Assembly: GCF_004010195.1 (NCBI RefSeq)
Contig: NC_057719.1
Coordinates: 2,737,317-2,801,316, forward strand
DNA: 64,000 bases
Direction of reading: 5' to 3'
Origin: Chiloscyllium plagiosum
Lineage: Eukaryota
A program made the position numbers and the translations under genes. The notes under the pieces were generated by a model. That model searched no databases and was not told where the DNA came from. It saw only the letters and a list, made by a program, of their open reading frames with translations. Each line of letters begins with the position of its first letter. Position 1 is the stretch's first letter. Positions 39,510 to 52,449 of this stretch are shown here, in pieces.

Positions 39510-42480
39510 TGAAGATGGGGAGACCAAGAAAGAGAACTGTCTTGAATTATTTCAAAAATAGAGGAAAATACCACTAACAGTAAAGTGTGTAGTCAGATGC
39601 TAAGTTATGTACACAATGTTGGCTGAATGTTGAAAGTTCAAACATCATTCTGTTTCATGTGAAAAAGACAAAAAAAAAGATGAAACTGACGTTGCTTGTT
39701 TCCAGCAGTTCAAGAAAATGCAACTCACAATAAATCCAAAAAAATAAGTTGATGTACACTATGACCACTATGGGTATGCTGCCTATTAAGTATTACAGAG
39801 GTTTGTCATCCATTTCGTTTTTATTTTCATCAGGATCCACTTTTTCAACCAAGAATCGGGGCCCACTTTTTCAATCAAGGTCCTGGCCCATTTTTTCAAT
39901 CAAGGTCTGGGCCCACTTTTTCAACCAAGGAATGTTTCTTTCGCCGCCTTCGGATCCACTTTTTCAACCAAGACACCCACCACCATCCACCGAGGACACC
40001 TTCGCCCGTCTCCAAAACATCCCATCCAACTGGTCACACCATGCCAGCCTGTTACCCACCCTGGACCTCTTCATTTCAAACTGCCGCCGTGACATTGACC
40101 GCCTCAACCTGTCCACACCCCTCACCCACTCTAACCTCCCACCCTCACAACGTGCAGCCTTCCACTTCCTCTGCTCCAACCCCAACCTCACCATCAAACC
40201 CGCAGACAAGGGGAAGCAGTAGTAGTGTGGCGCACCGGCCTCTACACTACTGAAGCCAGGCACCAACTTGCAGACACCTCCTCCTACTGACCCCTTGATC
40301 ACAACCTCACCTCCCATCACGAAACCATCATCTCCCAGACCATCCACAGCCTCATCACTTCTGGGATCTCCCATCCACAGCCTCCAACCTCATTGTCCGT
40401 GAACGTGGCACCGCCCGATTCTACCTCCAACCGAAGATTCACAAACCTGACTGCCCCAGTCGACCCACTGTCTCAGCTGCACCTGTTCCACCGAACTCAT
40501 CTCTTCATACCTCGATACCGTGCTGTCCCCCTTAGTCCAGGAACTCCCCACACATGTTCATGACACTGCCCACACCCTTCAGCTCCTCCAAGATTTTCGT
40601 TTCTCTGGCCCTCAATGCCTCATCTTCACCATGGACATCCAGTCCCTATATACATGATTCCGCCACAACGAAGGTCTCCAAGTCCTCCGTTTCTTCCTCT
40701 CATGCTGTCCCAACCAGTACCCTTCCGACACCCTCATCCGTCTGGCTGAACTGGTCCTCAACCTCAACAAATTCTCCTTCCAATTCTCCCACTTCCTCCA
40801 AATGAAAAGGAGTAGCCATGGGCACCTGCATGGGACCCAGCTATGCTCGCCTGTTTGTCAGTTAGTGGAACAACCTATCTTCCGCAGTTACACTGGCAGC
40901 ACTCCCCACCTGTTCCTCCACTACATCGATGTCTGTACTGGTGCTGCCTCGTGCTCCCACGAGGAGGTTGAACAGTTAATCAACTTTACCAACACCTTCC
41001 ACCCGACCTCAAATTCACCTGGACCATCTCAGACACCTCCCTTCCCTTCCTGGACTTCTCCAAATCCGGCAACCGACTAATTATAGACATTTACTACAAG
41101 CCCACTGACTCCCACACTACCTCCTGTAAAAACACCATCCCTTACTCCCAATTCCTCCACCTCTGCCGCATCTGATCCCAGGATGACCAATTCCACTTCA
41201 GAAAATCCCAGATGGCCTCCTTCTTCCAACATCACAACTTCCTTTCCCACATGGTTGATGATGCCTTCCAGCGCATCTCCAACACTTCATGCACCACTGC
41301 CCATGAACCCCACCCCTCCCAACGCAACAAGGACAGAAGCCCCCGGTCCTCACCTTCCACCCCACCAACCTTCGCATACATCGCATCATCCTCCACCACT
41401 TCAAAACAGACCCCACTACCAAAGATACATTTCCCTCCCCACCCCTATCAATGTTCTGGAGAGACAATTCCCTCCGCGACTCACTCGTTAGGTCCATGCT
41501 TCCCAACAGCCCACACCCCACTCCTGGCATCTTTCCCTGCCACTGCAGAAAGTGCAAAACCTGTGCCCACAACAATTCCTTCACCTCTGTCCAAGGCCCC
41601 AAGGGATCCTTCCACATCTTTCAGAAATTTACCTGTACCTGTATCAATGTCATCTACTACACCCACTGCACCTGGTGTGGTCTCCTCTACATCGGGGAGA
41701 CAGGACACTTTCTTGTGGATTGTTTCAGAGAACATTTCTGGGACAGCCGCACCCACCAACCCCACCGCACGTGGCTGAACACTTCAACTCCCTCTCCCAC
41801 TCCGTTAAGGACATGCAGGTCCTGGGCCTCCTCCACTGCCAAAACGTTACCACTCGATGCCTGGAGGAAGAACGCTTCATATTCCGCCGTGTGACCCAGC
41901 AATCACACGTATAAATGTGGATTTCAACAGCTTTCACATTTCCCCTCCCCTCACATCATCCCAGTCATACGCCTCCAACTCAGCACTGTGCTCTGGACCT
42001 CTCTATCACTCCCCCCCCATGTCCTATCACCTTCTCCCTCACCTTCTTCCACCTATCGCATTCTCAGCTACCTTCCCCCCAACCGCACCTCCCTCCCTTT
42101 TATCTCTCAGCCTCCGGCCCACAAGCCTCAATCTTGATGAAGGGCTTATGCCTGAAACATCGATTCTCCTGCTCCTCAGATGCTGCCTGACCTGCTGTGC
42201 TTTCCCAGCAACAGACTCCCGACTCTGATCTCCAGCATCTGCAGTTCTCACTTTCTCCTAGTTTTTTGAGTTTACAGAACCTAAATACCACCTACCGGTG
42301 AGACAGATCGTAATTTCGCATCTAAAGAAATGTTATGAGGACTGTATGAAATCTTCGCTGGAAAAATTCAGTCATGTCATTATTACAGTTATTAATACTG
42401 ACTGCTGTACAGCATTAACTATAGAAAACTACATGACTTACTTGCGATTATATTGAGAGGAAGGAGCTCTGATCTACAAA
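39510..42480 (+). pseudogene. hAT (ZBED1/Ac-like) transposase relic split by a PLE
   Basis: About 42265-42450 translates EPKYHLPVRQIVISHLKKCYEDCMKSSLEKFSHVIITVINTDCCTALTIENYMT (hAT EP.Y.LPSR...TTD.WT....Y motif). About 39515-39800 has a decayed BED-finger-like start (MGRPRKRTVLNYFK) and MLPI. Confidence 0.65.
39930..42260 (+). mobile_element. Near-complete decayed PLE (Neptune-like): RT + Cys linker + GIY-YIG + 3' repeat
   Basis: NLTIKPADKG, MDIQSLY, AMGT.MGPSYA, YIDV; PCHCRKCKTC; VIYYTHCTWCGLLYIGETG; hammerhead motif at about 42130-42165. Confidence 0.93.
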
Positions 42481-42663
42481 TCGAGAAAGCTTACTCATTG
42501 TACTCGTCTATCATCTTCCTCCACTCCTCTTCCTAGCTAATTTTACATACCTAAGTAAGCCAGCATCACTTTCTTGTACTTACAGATGACTCCTATCTTT
42601 ATACTTCTGTCTTAAAGGCCTTAACCATATTTCTTTCTCTTATAGAGTCATACAGATGTACAG

Positions 42664-42884
42664 GAGAAAGTGGGAATGCAGATGCTGGAGATCAGAGCTG
42701 AAAATGTGTTGCTGGAAAAGCGCAGCAGGTCAGGCAGCATCCAAGGAACAGGAGAATCGACGTTTCGGGCATGAGCCCTTCTTCAGGAATGTTTCCTGAA
42801 GAAGGGCTCATGCCCAAAACGTCAATTCTCCTGCCCTTGGATGCTGCCTGACCTGCTGCGTTTTTCCAGCAACACATTTTCAGC
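42664..42884. mobile_element. Palindromic mini PLE (two inverted terminal repeats) within a minus-strand CR1 3' end (about 42640-43295)
   Basis: About 94-bp arms at 42695-42789 and 42793-42886; TSD tcata(c/g)agatgtacag (42648-42663, 42885-42900). Confidence 0.92.
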
Positions 42885-44944
42885 TCATAGAGATGTACAG
42901 CATGGAAACAGACCCTTCGGTCCAATGTGTCCATGCTGACCAGATATCCCAACCCAATCTAGTCTCAATCTGCCAGCACCCGGCCCATATCCCTCCAAAC
43001 CCTTCCTATTCATATACCCATCCTCTTAAATGTTGCCCTTGTACAAGCCTCCACCACATCCTCTGGCAGCTCATTCCATACACGTACAACCCTCTGCGTG
43101 AAAAAGTTCCCCCCTAGGTCTCTTTTATATCTTTCCCCTCTCACCCTAAACCTATGCCCTCTAGTTCTGGACTTCCCGACCCCAGGAAAAATACTATTTA
43201 TCCTATCCATGCCCCTCATAATTTTGTAAACCTCTATAAGGTCACCCCTCAGCCTCCAGGGAAAACAGCCCCAGCCTGTTCAGCCTCTCCCTGTAGCTCA
43301 TTAAATAATGAACAAAACAAAATAGTGGCTTGGGAATACAACTTTTTCCAATCCAAACACGTGAAAAGTACACATAGAAAGCATTTTTAAAAAATCTAAC
43401 ATTATTCTTTCGAATTGCCAAGACAAGCACAATTATAGTATTTCTCCCAGTTCTTGGGATCCTTTCGGATTCACAACTTCAACACTGCTTGATCCTAACA
43501 ACCCTATTACAACTACACTCGAAAAAATAAAATTCCAGCTCTGAAGATCACTGGATTTGAAAACATTAACTTTGCTTTGTCTCTTTGGCGTTGCCAGATC
43601 TGCTGTGTTTCTCCAACCATTTCTGTTCTTCTTTCATAACCACACTCAGTCCTGGTCCAAATATGCCAAAATCTTGTTCTTAGTCCCATTTATTCAAGTG
43701 CTACTTCCCTGAACTTCTCTCTTACTGCAACATTTTCTTGTTCACAGGTTATTAAACTTAAGTAAAAGCCAGCCTTATAAATAAATTTACAATTTAATTG
43801 CCAATGTATCCAGTCCTTTAAATTTTGACCAGGTAAAGATATATAGTCTTCTAAAGCCTCGGGTCAGAATATAAGCTGGAACCCTAAGCTTGGCATTAAG
43901 ATACAATTGATAACATTTTATTTGTGATGGTGGCAGAAGCAGATTTCTGGGTGGTGGAAAGGGTAAGTATTGAGGACATGTAGGTGTCTTGCTGAATTAA
44001 AGCAGAACTTTAACAATAAATTTTAATTCTATTTTAAATCTTTAAGTCAGCAAATTAAGAAGCTCTGTCCCATGGATCCTGCCAGTAGGTCAACTGCAAA
44101 TCCTACACTTCATCTCATTCTCCATTTTGTATATATATTGCATGGCCTGAGGGATGGTATAGAAGGAGTTTAGATTTGTAGGACACTGTGTTCACTTTTG
44201 GGAAAGTAAAAAGGTGTTCAAAAGAGATGGAGTTCACCTGAGCATAAATTGAATTAATCTCCTGACTGTGAGATTAAATAGATCAGTGCAGAGTGGATTC
44301 AAATTTCTAAGGCAGGATGTGGGCTGACTAATCAGCCTAGTTTTGCAAGTACCAGAAATGGCAAAAGGGAAAGATGGGAAATTGGGTAAAAGAAGTGAGG
44401 GCAGGCTTGAGTGTTGACAGTGAATAAGGAAATGGTCACCTTCCAATAGGCAAGAAAGAGACACTTTGTATGTATGTAAATATGCTGAGTATCATGATTA
44501 AAATTGGAGAACTGGTAGCAGAAATATGACAAAGCAGCATGGACATAAATGTGATTCAAACCAGAACAGGACTGGATACATAACAACCCAGGCTATAAGG
44601 CTTTTAATAAACATAGAGTGGGTAGAAAGGCAGGAGGTGTAGCTGTCTTGGTCAAAGAGTATCATAATCCTTGAATGTGATACAGTTCTTACATTAGAAT
44701 CTCCATGGTTGCAGGTGAGAAACTGGGAAGAAATTAAAGAGAGCAATTGCAGGCAGATTATAAAAATCTGCAGGAGAAGTAGAGTTCTGATAGTTGGTGA
44801 TTTCAATTATTTAGGGTGGATTGGGAAAAAAGGTACAGTGTGGGGCCTGAAAGGGGAGAAATGCCTGCAATTTGTATGGTAGAGTTTTCTTGAACAGAAC
44901 ATTTCCAGTCCTACCAGGGAGGGACCTGTGCAAAATTTTTCGAC

Positions 44945-45680
44945 GGCTCTTCATTTTCTCTGGAGTCGGAGGAGTGACAACGAGGACCAGAGGCCGACAG
45001 GAAGATAAATTTAAAATACAAAAACTTACCTCAGGAGTTCAGCATTCATTTTTTTTTAGCAGCAGTTGGAGTGGGAGGAGCGACAGCAAGGACCAGAGGC
45101 CTGACAGGAAGATAAATTTAAAATATAAAAACTTACCTCGGGAGTTCAGTGTTCTTCATTTGTTCGGTGGCAGTTGGAGTGGGAGAAGCGACAGCAAGGA
45201 CCAGAGGCCCGACGGGAAGATAAATTTAAAATATAAAAACTTACCTCGGGAGTTCAGCGTTCTTCATTTGTTCGGTGGCAGTTGGAGTGGGAGGAGCGAC
45301 AGCAAGGGCCAGAGGCCTGACGGGAAGGTAAATTTAAAATATAAAAACTTACCTCGGGAGTTCAGTGTTCTTCATTTGTTCGGTGGCAGTTGGAGTGGGA
45401 GGAGCGACAGCAAGGACCAGAGGCCCGACGGGAAGATAAATTTAAAATATAAAAACTTACCTCGGGAGTTCAGTGTTCTTCATTTGTTCGGTGGCAGTTG
45501 GAGTGGGAGGAGCGACAGCAAGGACCAGAGGCCCGACGGGAAGATAAATTTAAAATATAAAAACTTACCTCGGGAGTTCAGCGTTCTTCATTTGTTCGGT
45601 GGCAGTTGGAGTGGGAGGAGCGACAGCAAGGGCCAGAGGCCTGACGGGGAGGTAAATTTAAAATATAAAAACTTACCTTG
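44945..45680 (+). repeat. 7 x 108-bp tandem monomers forming the 5' end of a CR1 LINE
   Basis: acttacct at 45024, 45131, 45239, 45347, 45455, 45563 and 45671; followed after about 230 bp by CR1 ORF1 (KIRAVECSSCRMWE). Confidence 0.92.
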
Positions 45681-46368
45681 TATAAAGGCAGAGCGCACAC
45701 TGAGCTCGAGTGGACACAGGACTGTTAGATAAGTGAGGCTTTATTTCTGGGTGGTTGCTTTACGTGAAACACTACTCAGGTAGGGTCTCCCATCCATCCT
45801 CCTCCTGAAACCAAAACAACAGGTTCTGTGTGCTGGATTGTTAAGGTGACTACTTCTTTAATTTTCATTTTAGTTTCTCAGTCATCTCTTCGGGTATTTA
45901 GAATCGTGGGAACGAAGATTAGGGCCGTTGAATGTTCATCCTGCAGAATGTGGGAGTTAAGGGTCACCAGAAATATCCCTGCTGACTGCATCTATGGGGG
46001 TGCACCCAACTCCAGCTCCTTGAACACCATGTTAGAGAACTGGAGCTAGATGAACTTTGGATCATTCGAAGACAGAGGGGTTAATTGAGAGGAGTTAGAG
46101 GGAGATAGTCACACCTCAGGTAAAAGGGTTACCATCAGGGGACAGAAAGGGAACTGGTAGGCAGTGCATGGATCCCCTCTGGCTGTTCTCCTCAACAACA
46201 AGTATACTGTTTTGGATACTGTTTGGGAGGGGTGACTTACCAGGGGTAAGTAATGGGGCACAGGTCTCTAGCACAGAGTCTGTCCCTGTTGCTCATAAGC
46301 GAAGGGGGAAGAGGAGCAGAGCAATTGTCAGTGGGGCCTCCATAGTTAGGGGGACAGTTCTGAGGGAA

Positions 46369-46747
46369 GGTAATGGAAAATTAACATTTATTGTGAAATC
46401 TGTAAAAGAATACTTTGCAAAGCATTGTAGACAGACAGAAAAAAATGCAAAGGTTAAACCGATAGTAAAGAATTACAAGGACAGTAAACTATCATATCAA
46501 CAGTCAAGGAATGACAAAAACAACTCCATATGTGGAAAGGAGCTCGAATGTTCCAAGCTCTTGGCCTTGAGGTGTGATAAGGATAAGCAAAGTTTAGTAT
46601 AAAGAGAGTATGTGAAAGTCGTAAGGCACCCTTTACATGAGGTGTTTTGCCAAATGTACTAGGTCGACTGTGCAGAGTCGGAAATAAACTTTTTCTTTGC
46701 TCTTGCGAGCATTTGAGTCAAGTCGATTTAATTTCCACGACAGAAAC
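46369..46747 (+). mobile_element. Solo LTR (same family as 34030) inserted in CR1 ORF1
   Basis: Colinear with 34030-34427; CR1 esterase sequence resumes at cacggttggtgtgttgcc; TSD not clean. Confidence 0.8.
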
Positions 46748-47116
46748 TCACGGTTGGTGTGTTGCCCCCCCAGGTGCAGGATTCATGATGTCTCGGATTG
46801 TGTTTTCAGGATCTTTGAGGGAGAGGGGAAGGGGGAGGGGTAGCAACCCCAAGTAGTGGTCCACATAGGCACTAACGACATAGGTAGGAAGAGAGATGGG
46901 GATTTAAGGCAGAAATTCAGGGAGCTAGGGTTGGAACTTAGAGCTAGAACAAACAGAGTTGTTATCTCTGGCGTGTTACCTTGCCACATGCTAGTGAGGC
47001 GAGGAATAGGGAGACAGAGGAGTTGAACACGTGGCTACAGGGATAGTGCAGGAGGGAGAGTTTTGGATGCATGGGTTGGTATCTGGGATTTCGATGTTGT
47101 GGTCATTTCGGAGACA

Positions 47117-48172
47117 TGATTCGGAGATGCCGTGCCCGGAGGCATGGTACATTAGGGAAACCAAGCAAAGGCCATGACAACGGATGAATGGGCACCGCAC
47201 AATAATCAATAGACAGGAGGGTTCCCTCCCAGTTGGGGAACACTTCAGTGGTCCAGGACATTCAGCCTCAGACCTTCGGGTGACCATCATCCAAGGTGGA
47301 TTTCGGGACAGGCAGCAGAGGAAAGTGGCTGAGCAGAGGCTGATAACTAAGTTCGGTACCCATAGGGAGGGCCTCAACCGGGACTTTGGGTTCATGTCAC
47401 ATTACAGGTGATCACCAATACACTACACACACACACACAGATATTCCTACACACAGACATTCTCACATACACACGGACACAGGTACACACAGACGCGCAC
47501 ACAGACACCCACACACACCCTTATAGACACACACACTCCCACACTCTCACATGCACCCTCTCACAGACTGAAGACACTCTGCACTCACTACACACATACA
47601 CACACTTTCTCACACTCACAACCCCCACCCCAGACAGACACACACACAGACAGACAAAGACCCACATGCACACATATCTTTTGTGTGGTGAATTTTTTTG
47701 TACTTGCAGAGTTACATTGCACTTTGCTCAAAAACTGCATACATTCATGTAGAACTCTGAGCTCAAAAACTGCATGAATTTATGTAAAACTCTGTTATCT
47801 CACTTTTTAGATTAGAATCAATCTAAACATCAGGTCATAGACAGAGAACACAGGGGGCTAACACCTTCAACATATTGTCTAGCTATCACCATTGTCAACA
47901 GCTAACCCGAGAATGCAACTTTAAAAAAAAGGCTTTTGCGATTTACACATGAAAGAAGCGAAACTATCACTGTCGTCTAACAGATGAAAGGCTTAACAGA
48001 CAATCAATTTTTCAATGTATAATTTCAGTTACACCACACTGCAAATTTTTGCTATAAATTCTGTGTTACGATCGAGCCCTCCACAATCACCTGATGAAGG
48101 AGCGTCGCTCCGAAAGCTAGTGTGCTTCCAATTAAACCTGTTGGACTATAACCTGGTGTTGTGTGATTTTTA
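47117..48172 (+). mobile_element. PLE 3' portion (same family as 15305-16699)
   Basis: TSD atttcggagaca (47105-47116, 48173-48184); RMNGHRTIINRQEGSLPVGEHFS...GLNRDFGFMSHYR. Confidence 0.92.
48088..48122 (+). ncRNA. Minimal type I hammerhead ribozyme motif, intact core
   Basis: CAC-CUGAUGA-A-GGAGC GUC GCUCC-GAAA-GC-UA-GUG: conserved core, perfect stem II, palindromic mini stem III, stem I CAC/GUG. Confidence 0.8.
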
Positions 48173-50503
48173 ATTTCGGAGACAGGAATAGAGCAGGGGC
48201 AGGAATGATTATTACAAGTTCCAGGATTTAGGTGTTTCAGTAAGAACAGAGAAGACGGTAAGTTGGGGGGGGGGTTTCCAAATATTGACTGGGAATACTA
48301 TAGTTCAAGTACTTTGGATGGGTTGGTTTTTATTCAATGTGTGCAGGAGGGTTTTCTGTCACAGTATATCGACAAGTCAACAAGGGGCAAGCCTGCATTA
48401 GATTTGATAGTGGGTAATGAACCCGGCTAGCTGTTAGATTTGGAGGTGGGTGAGCATTTTGGTGACAGTGACCACAATTCGGTTATGTATACTTTAGTGA
48501 TGGAAAGGGATAGGCATATACCGCAGGGCAAAGGTTATAGCTGGGGGAAAGGCAATTATTATGTGATTAAGCAAGACTTAGGATACATAGTGTAGGGAAG
48601 GAGACTGCAGGAATTGGGCACAATTGAAATGTGTCACTTATTCAAGGAACAGCTACTGCAATTCTTGGTAAGTATGTACCTGTCAGGCAGGGAGGAAGGT
48701 GTTGAGCCTTGGTTTACTAAGGAAGCTGAATCTCTTGTCAAGAGGAAGAAGAAGGCTTGTGTTAGGATGAGATGTGATGGCTCAGTTGGGCCAGTTGAGA
48801 GTTACAAGTTAGTCAGGAAAGACCTAAAGAGAGAGCTAAGAAGAGCCAGGTGAGGACATGAGAAATTGTTGGCCGATAGGATCAAGGAAAACCCTAAAAC
48901 TTTCTATAGGTATATCATGAATAAAAGAATGACTAGAGTAAGATTAGGGACAATCAAGAATAGTAGTGGGAAGTTGTGCGTGGAATCCGAGGAAGTGGGG
49001 AAGCGCTAAATGAATAAGTTTTATCAGTATACACACTAGTAAAAGACAATGTCGTCGAGGAGAATACTGAGATACAGGCTACTAGACTAGACAAGATTAA
49101 GGTTCACTAGGAAAAGGTGTTAACAATTCTGAAAAGTGTAAAAATAGCTAAGTCCCCTGGGCCAGATAGGATTTATCCGAGGGTTCTCTGGGAAGCCAGG
49201 GAGGAGATTGCAGAGCCTTTGACATTGATCTTTATGTCATCATTGTCTACAGGAATAGTGTCAGAAGACTGGAGGATAGCAAATGTTGTTCCCTTGTTCA
49301 AGAAGGGGAGTAGAGACAATTCTAGTAATTATGCACCAGTGAGCCTTACTTTGGTTGTGGGTAAAGAGTTGGAAAGGGTGAGAAGAGATAGGACTTATAA
49401 TCATCGAGAAAGGAATAAGTTGATTGGGGATAGTCAACATGGTTTTGTGAAGGGTAGGTCATGCCTCACAAACCTTATTTGAGAAGGTGACCAAACAGGT
49501 GGATGAGGATCAATCAGTTGATGTGGTGTATCAGGATTTTAGTAAGGTGTTTGATAAGGTTCCCCACGGTAGGCTATCGCACAGAATATGGAGGCAAGGG
49601 ATTGAGAGTGACTTAGCGGTTTGGATCAGAAATTGACTAGCTGAAAGAAGACAGAGAGTGGTGGTTGATGGGAAATATTCACCCTGGAGTTCAGTTACTA
49701 GTGGTGTACTGCAAGGATCTGTTTTGGGTCCACTGATGTTTGTCATTTTTATAAATGACATAGACGAGGGCATAGAAAGATGGGTTAGTAAATTTGCAGA
49801 TGACACTAAGGTCGGTAGAGTTGTGGACACTAACGAAGAATATTGTAGGTTACAGAGGGACAAGGATAAGCTGCAAAGCTGGGCTGAGAGGTGGCAAATG
49901 AAGTTTCATGTGGAAAAGTGTGAGGTGATTCACTTTGGAAGGAGTAACAACAATGCAGGGTACTGGGCTAATGGTAACATTATTGGGAGTGCAGATGAGC
50001 AGAGGGATCTCGATATCCAAGTTCATAGCTCCTTGAAAGTTGCCACCCAGGTTGATAAGGTTGCTAAGAAGGCATATGGTGTGTTAGCTTTTATTGCTAG
50101 AGGGATCTTTTCCAGAACGATGAGGTCATGTTGCAGCTGTACAAAACTCCGGGTACTGCATACAGTTCTGGTCATCACATTACAGGAAGAATGTGGAAGC
50201 TTTGGAAAGGGTTCAGGAGATTTACTAGGTTGTTGCTTAGTATGGAGATAAAGTCTTAAATGAAAGGCTGAGGGACTTGAGGCTGTTTTTGTTAGAGAGT
50301 AGAAGGTTGAGAGGTGACTTAATTGAGACATACAAGATAATCAGAGGGTTAGATAAAGTGGACAGTGAAAACCTTTTTCCTCGGATGGTGATGAGGATAT
50401 AATTTTAAATTGAGGGGTGATAGATATAGAACAGATCTTAGAGGTAGTTTCCTTATTCAGAGAGAAGTAATAGAAGCATGGAACACACTGCCTGCAACAG
50501 CAG

Positions 50504-52200
50504 AGGTAAAAACAATGACTGCAGCTGCTGGAAACCAGATTCTGGATCAGTGGTGCTGGAAGAGCACAGCAGTTCAGGCAGCATCCGACGAGCAGCAAAA
50601 TCGACTTTCGGGCAAAAGCCCTTCATCAGGAATAAAGGCAGAGAGCCTGAAGCGTGGAGAGATAAGCTAGAGGAGATAAGCTAGAGGAGTGGGGAGAAAG
50701 TAGCATAGAGTACAATAGGTGAGTGGGGGAGGAGATGAAGATGATAGGTCAGGGAGGAGAGGGTGGAGTGGATAGGTGGAAAAGGAGCTAGGCAGGTCGG
50801 ACAAGTCCGGACAAGTCAAGGGGACANNNNNNNNNNNNNNNNNNNNNNNNNNNNNNNNNNNNNNNNNNNNNNNNNNNNNNNNNNNNNNNNNNNNNNNNNN
50901 NNNNNNNNNNNNNNNNNNNNNNNNNNNNTCCCACAGCTACCTGGCTTACACCTCTTCCCACCCTACCTCTTGCAAAAATGCCATCCCGTATTCCCAATTC
51001 CTCCGCCTCTGCCGTATCTGCTCCCAGGAGGAGCGGTTCCACCATAGAACACACCAGATGGCCTCCTTCTTTAGAGACCGCAGTTTCCCTTCCCACGTGG
51101 TTAAAGATGCCCTCCAACGCATCTCATCCACATCCCGACCTCCGCCCTCAGACCCAACCCCTCCAACCGCAACAAGGACAGAACGCCCCTGGGGCTCACC
51201 TTCCACCCTACCCACCTTCGCATAAACCAAATCATCCGCCGACATTTCCGCCACCTCCAAACAGACCCTACCACTGGGGATATATTTCCCTCCCCACCCC
51301 TTTCTGCCTTCCGCAAAGACCAATTCCTCCGTGACTACCTGGTCAGGTCCACGCCTCCCTACGACCCACCCTCCCATCCTGGCACTTTCCCCGGCCACTG
51401 CAGGGACTGTGAAACCTTTGCCCACACCTCCTCCCTCACCTCTATCCAAGTCCCTAAAGGAGCCTTCCACATCCATCAAAGTTTTACCTGCACATCCACT
51501 AATATCATTTATTGTATCCGTTGCTCCCGATGCGGTCTCCTCTACATTGGGGAGACTGGGCGCCTCCTAGCAGAGCGCTTTAAGAAACATCTCTGAGACC
51601 TGCACCAAGCAACCAAACCGCCCTGTGGCCCAACATTTCAACTCCCCCTCCCACTCTGCCGAGGACATGGAGGTCCTGGCCTTCCTTCACCACTGCTCTC
51701 TCACCACCAGACGCCTGGAGCCTCGCGGGAGCACGAGGTGGTGCCAATGCAGTCATTAATGTAGCAGAGGAAGAGGTGGGGAGTGGTGCCGGTGTAATTA
51801 CGGAAGATCAACTCCTACGTAGCCAACAAAGAGACAGGCATAGCTGGTACGTCTTCCGCCTTGGAACACTTCAACCCCAGGGCATCAATGTGGACTTCAA
51901 CAGCTTCCTCATTTCCCCTTCCCCCACCTCATCCTAGTTTCAAACTTTTAGCTCCGCACTGTCCCCTTGACTTGTCCGACCTGCCTAGCTCCTTTTCCAC
52001 CTATCCACTCCACCCTCTCCTCCCTGACCTATCACCTTCATCTCCTCCCCCACTCACCCATTGTACTTTATGCTACTTTCTCCCCACCCTCCTCTAGCTT
52101 ATCTTTCCACGCTTCAGGCTCTCTGCCTTTATTCCTGATGAAGGGCTTTTGCCCGAAACGTCGATTTTGCTGCTCGTCGGATGCTGCCTGAATTGCCATG
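50504..52200. mobile_element. PLE with inverted terminal repeat (minus 50504-50826; plus 50929-52195)
   Basis: TSD-like tgcaacagcag at about 50493 and 52203; SHPTSCKNAIPYSQFLRLCRICS; hammerheads at about 50597-50633 (-) and 52131-52168 (+). Confidence 0.9.
52131..52168 (+). ncRNA. Minimal type I hammerhead ribozyme motif, intact core
   Basis: AUUC-CUGAUGA-A-GGGC UUUU GCCC-GAAA-CG-UC-GAUU. Confidence 0.8.
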
Positions 52201-52449
52201 CTTGCAACAGCAGTAGACCTGCCAACTTTAAGGGCATTTAAGTTGTCATTGGATCAGCATTTGTACGAGAATGGAGTAGTGTAGGTTAGATGAGATTCAG
52301 ATTAGTTTCACAGGTCGGCGCAACATCGAAGGCCAGAGGGCCTGTACTGTGCTGTAATGTTCTATGTTCTGAGACGTGGCCCTCGGAAATAACGCAGGCC
52401 AAATGGAGAACGTCATGTGGGAGATCAGTTAGCAAAGTTGAACTGTTGC

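Larger units (their letters stand above)
44930..52350 (+). mobile_element. Near full-length decayed CR1 LINE with nested LTR and two PLEs
   Basis: 5' monomers; ORF1 (CSSCRMWE, GASIVRGT, VVVHIGTNDIG); ORF2 (KSPGPD, QHGFVKGRSCLTNL, SGVLQGSVLGP, KFADDTK); 3' tail gggcctgtactgtgctgtaatgttctatgttct ending at about 52350. Confidence 0.9.

Noticed and set aside
44872..45732. 286-aa ORF with 36-aa repeats
   Set aside because: A by-product of a 108-bp (3n) stop-free monomer; TTG start inside an older CR1; no protein similarity recognised.
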